The notes beneath the pieces were generated by a model. The model saw nothing but the letters and a program-made list of their open reading frames with translations, was not told the DNA's origin and ran no database searches. Positions 30,848 to 32,000 of a DNA stretch of 32,000 bases are shown one piece after another. Origin of the DNA: Bacillus subtilis subsp. subtilis str. 168 (GTDB lineage Bacteria > Bacillota > Bacilli > Bacillales > Bacillaceae); contig NC_000964.3 of NCBI RefSeq assembly GCF_000009045.1, forward strand, positions 1,680,001 through 1,712,000, in the 5' to 3' direction. Made by a program: the position numbers and the translations under genes. How positions within the stretch are numbered: position 1 is the first letter of the stretch; each line of letters starts with the position of its first letter.

Positions 30848-31734
30848 ACAGATATGACCAAGCAGCAACTTTACGGGCGAAAATGGAAAAACGTGAGCGC
30901 GTTCTGCCAATGGTTTATTCACAAAAAGCGAAGACACTTGCTGTCATCAGCGGCAAGGGCGGTGTCGGAAAATCCAATATTACCTTAAATATGGCACTTG
31001 CGCTGCAGGATAAAGGTAAGAAGGTGCTGCTCATCGACCTTGATATCGGGATGGGGAACATTGATATATTAATAGGAAATTCATCGTCTGCCACGATAAT
31101 CGATGTTTTAACCGATCGTAAGCCTTTGCTGCAGTCATTATCCGTTGGCCCAAAGGGTTTGCGGTATATATCAGGGGGAACCGGTCTTGATGTGATGTTT
31201 CAGCTCGATCAGAGAAAATGGACGTTTTTTGCCAATGAACTTTCTCATGCATTAAGCCAGTTCGATTATGTGCTGTTTGACATGGGAGCAGGCTTATCAA
31301 AAGATCAACTGCCTTTTATTTTATCAGCAGAAGATATTTTGATTATTACAACTCCCGAGCCGACGGCCATTATGGACGCATACAGCGCTGTCAAGCACTT
31401 GGTTTTGACAGAAAATAAGCTTTCAATGAAGGTGGCTGTCAATCGGTGCCGTGACCAAAAGGAAGGGCTTGACGCTTTTGCCCGCCTCTCCCGTACAATT
31501 CATATGTTTTTGGATGTTCAGGTTCAGTTTGCCGGTTCCGTTTCTGACGATGTGATCGTGAGCAAAGCGGTTGTCGAACAGGTTCCTTTTTTCATAAAAA
31601 GCCCTCAGGCAAAAGCCAGCCGGTCAGTCCGTATTTTAGCGGACGCCTTGTTTGAAAGAGAAGAAACGAGACACAAAGAAGACAAACAGACATTTATTGA
31701 GAAATTATCTTCTTTTTTAATGAGGAGGGCTTAA
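30838..31734 (+). CDS. flhG: MinD-like ATPase FlhG (YlxH)
   Basis: DQAATLR helix, deviant Walker [34 protein letters not shown] 30838 or ATG 30844 start. Confidence 0.95.
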
Positions 31735-31735
31735 T

Positions 31736-32000
31736 TTGATTCGTGTGCTTGTAGTTGATGATTCAGCTTTTATGAGAAAAATGATAAGTGATTTTCTGAC
31801 CGAAGAAAAGCAGATAGAAGTAATCGGAACTGCGAGAAACGGAGAAGAAGCGCTTAAGAAGATTGAATTATTAAAACCGGATGTTATTACTCTTGATGTT
31901 GAAATGCCGGTCATGAATGGGACAGATACGCTCCGCAAAATTATTGAGATTTATAACTTGCCGGTCATTATGGTGTCTAGCCAGACCGAGAAAGGTAAAG
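31736..32000 (+). CDS. cheB: Chemotaxis methylesterase CheB, N-terminal receiver domain, truncated by the window end
   Basis: TTG start after SD ggaggg; LIRVLVVDDSAFMRKMISDFLTEEKQIEVIGTARNGEEALKKIELLKPDVITLDVEMPVMNGTDTLRKIIE. Absent from the supplied ORF track. Confidence 0.92.
   Translation, partial: MIRVLVVDDSAFMRKMISDFLTEEKQIEVIGTARNGEEALKKIELLKPDVITLDVEMPVMNGTDTLRKIIEIYNLPVIMVSSQTEKGK

Overview
This window is a conserved chromosomal segment of the Bacillus subtilis group. Species and family assignments come from recalled protein and synteny knowledge; no search was run. The order is ylqH (5'-truncated) - sucC - sucD - dprA - topA - trmFO - xerC/codV - clpQ - clpY - codY, then the long fla/che flagellar operon: flgB flgC fliE fliF fliG fliH fliI fliJ ylxF fliK flgD flgE swrD fliL fliM fliY cheY fliO fliP fliQ fliR flhB flhA flhF flhG, and a 3'-truncated cheB. 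All genes are on the + strand. The many minus-strand ORFs in the track look like shadow ORFs. I found no mobile element, CRISPR array, tRNA/rRNA, or defence-like cassette, and no convincing undescribed multi-gene system. The best second looks are: (1) a hairpin between a strong but distant Shine-Dalgarno sequence and the swrD AUG; (2) a near-duplicated promoter-overlapping motif, one copy palindromic, in the fla/che leader; (3) a stand-alone FlhB C-domain paralog (ylqH) in the same window as full flhB; (4) a FliG/MgtE_N-like helical repeat at the C-terminus of YlxF.
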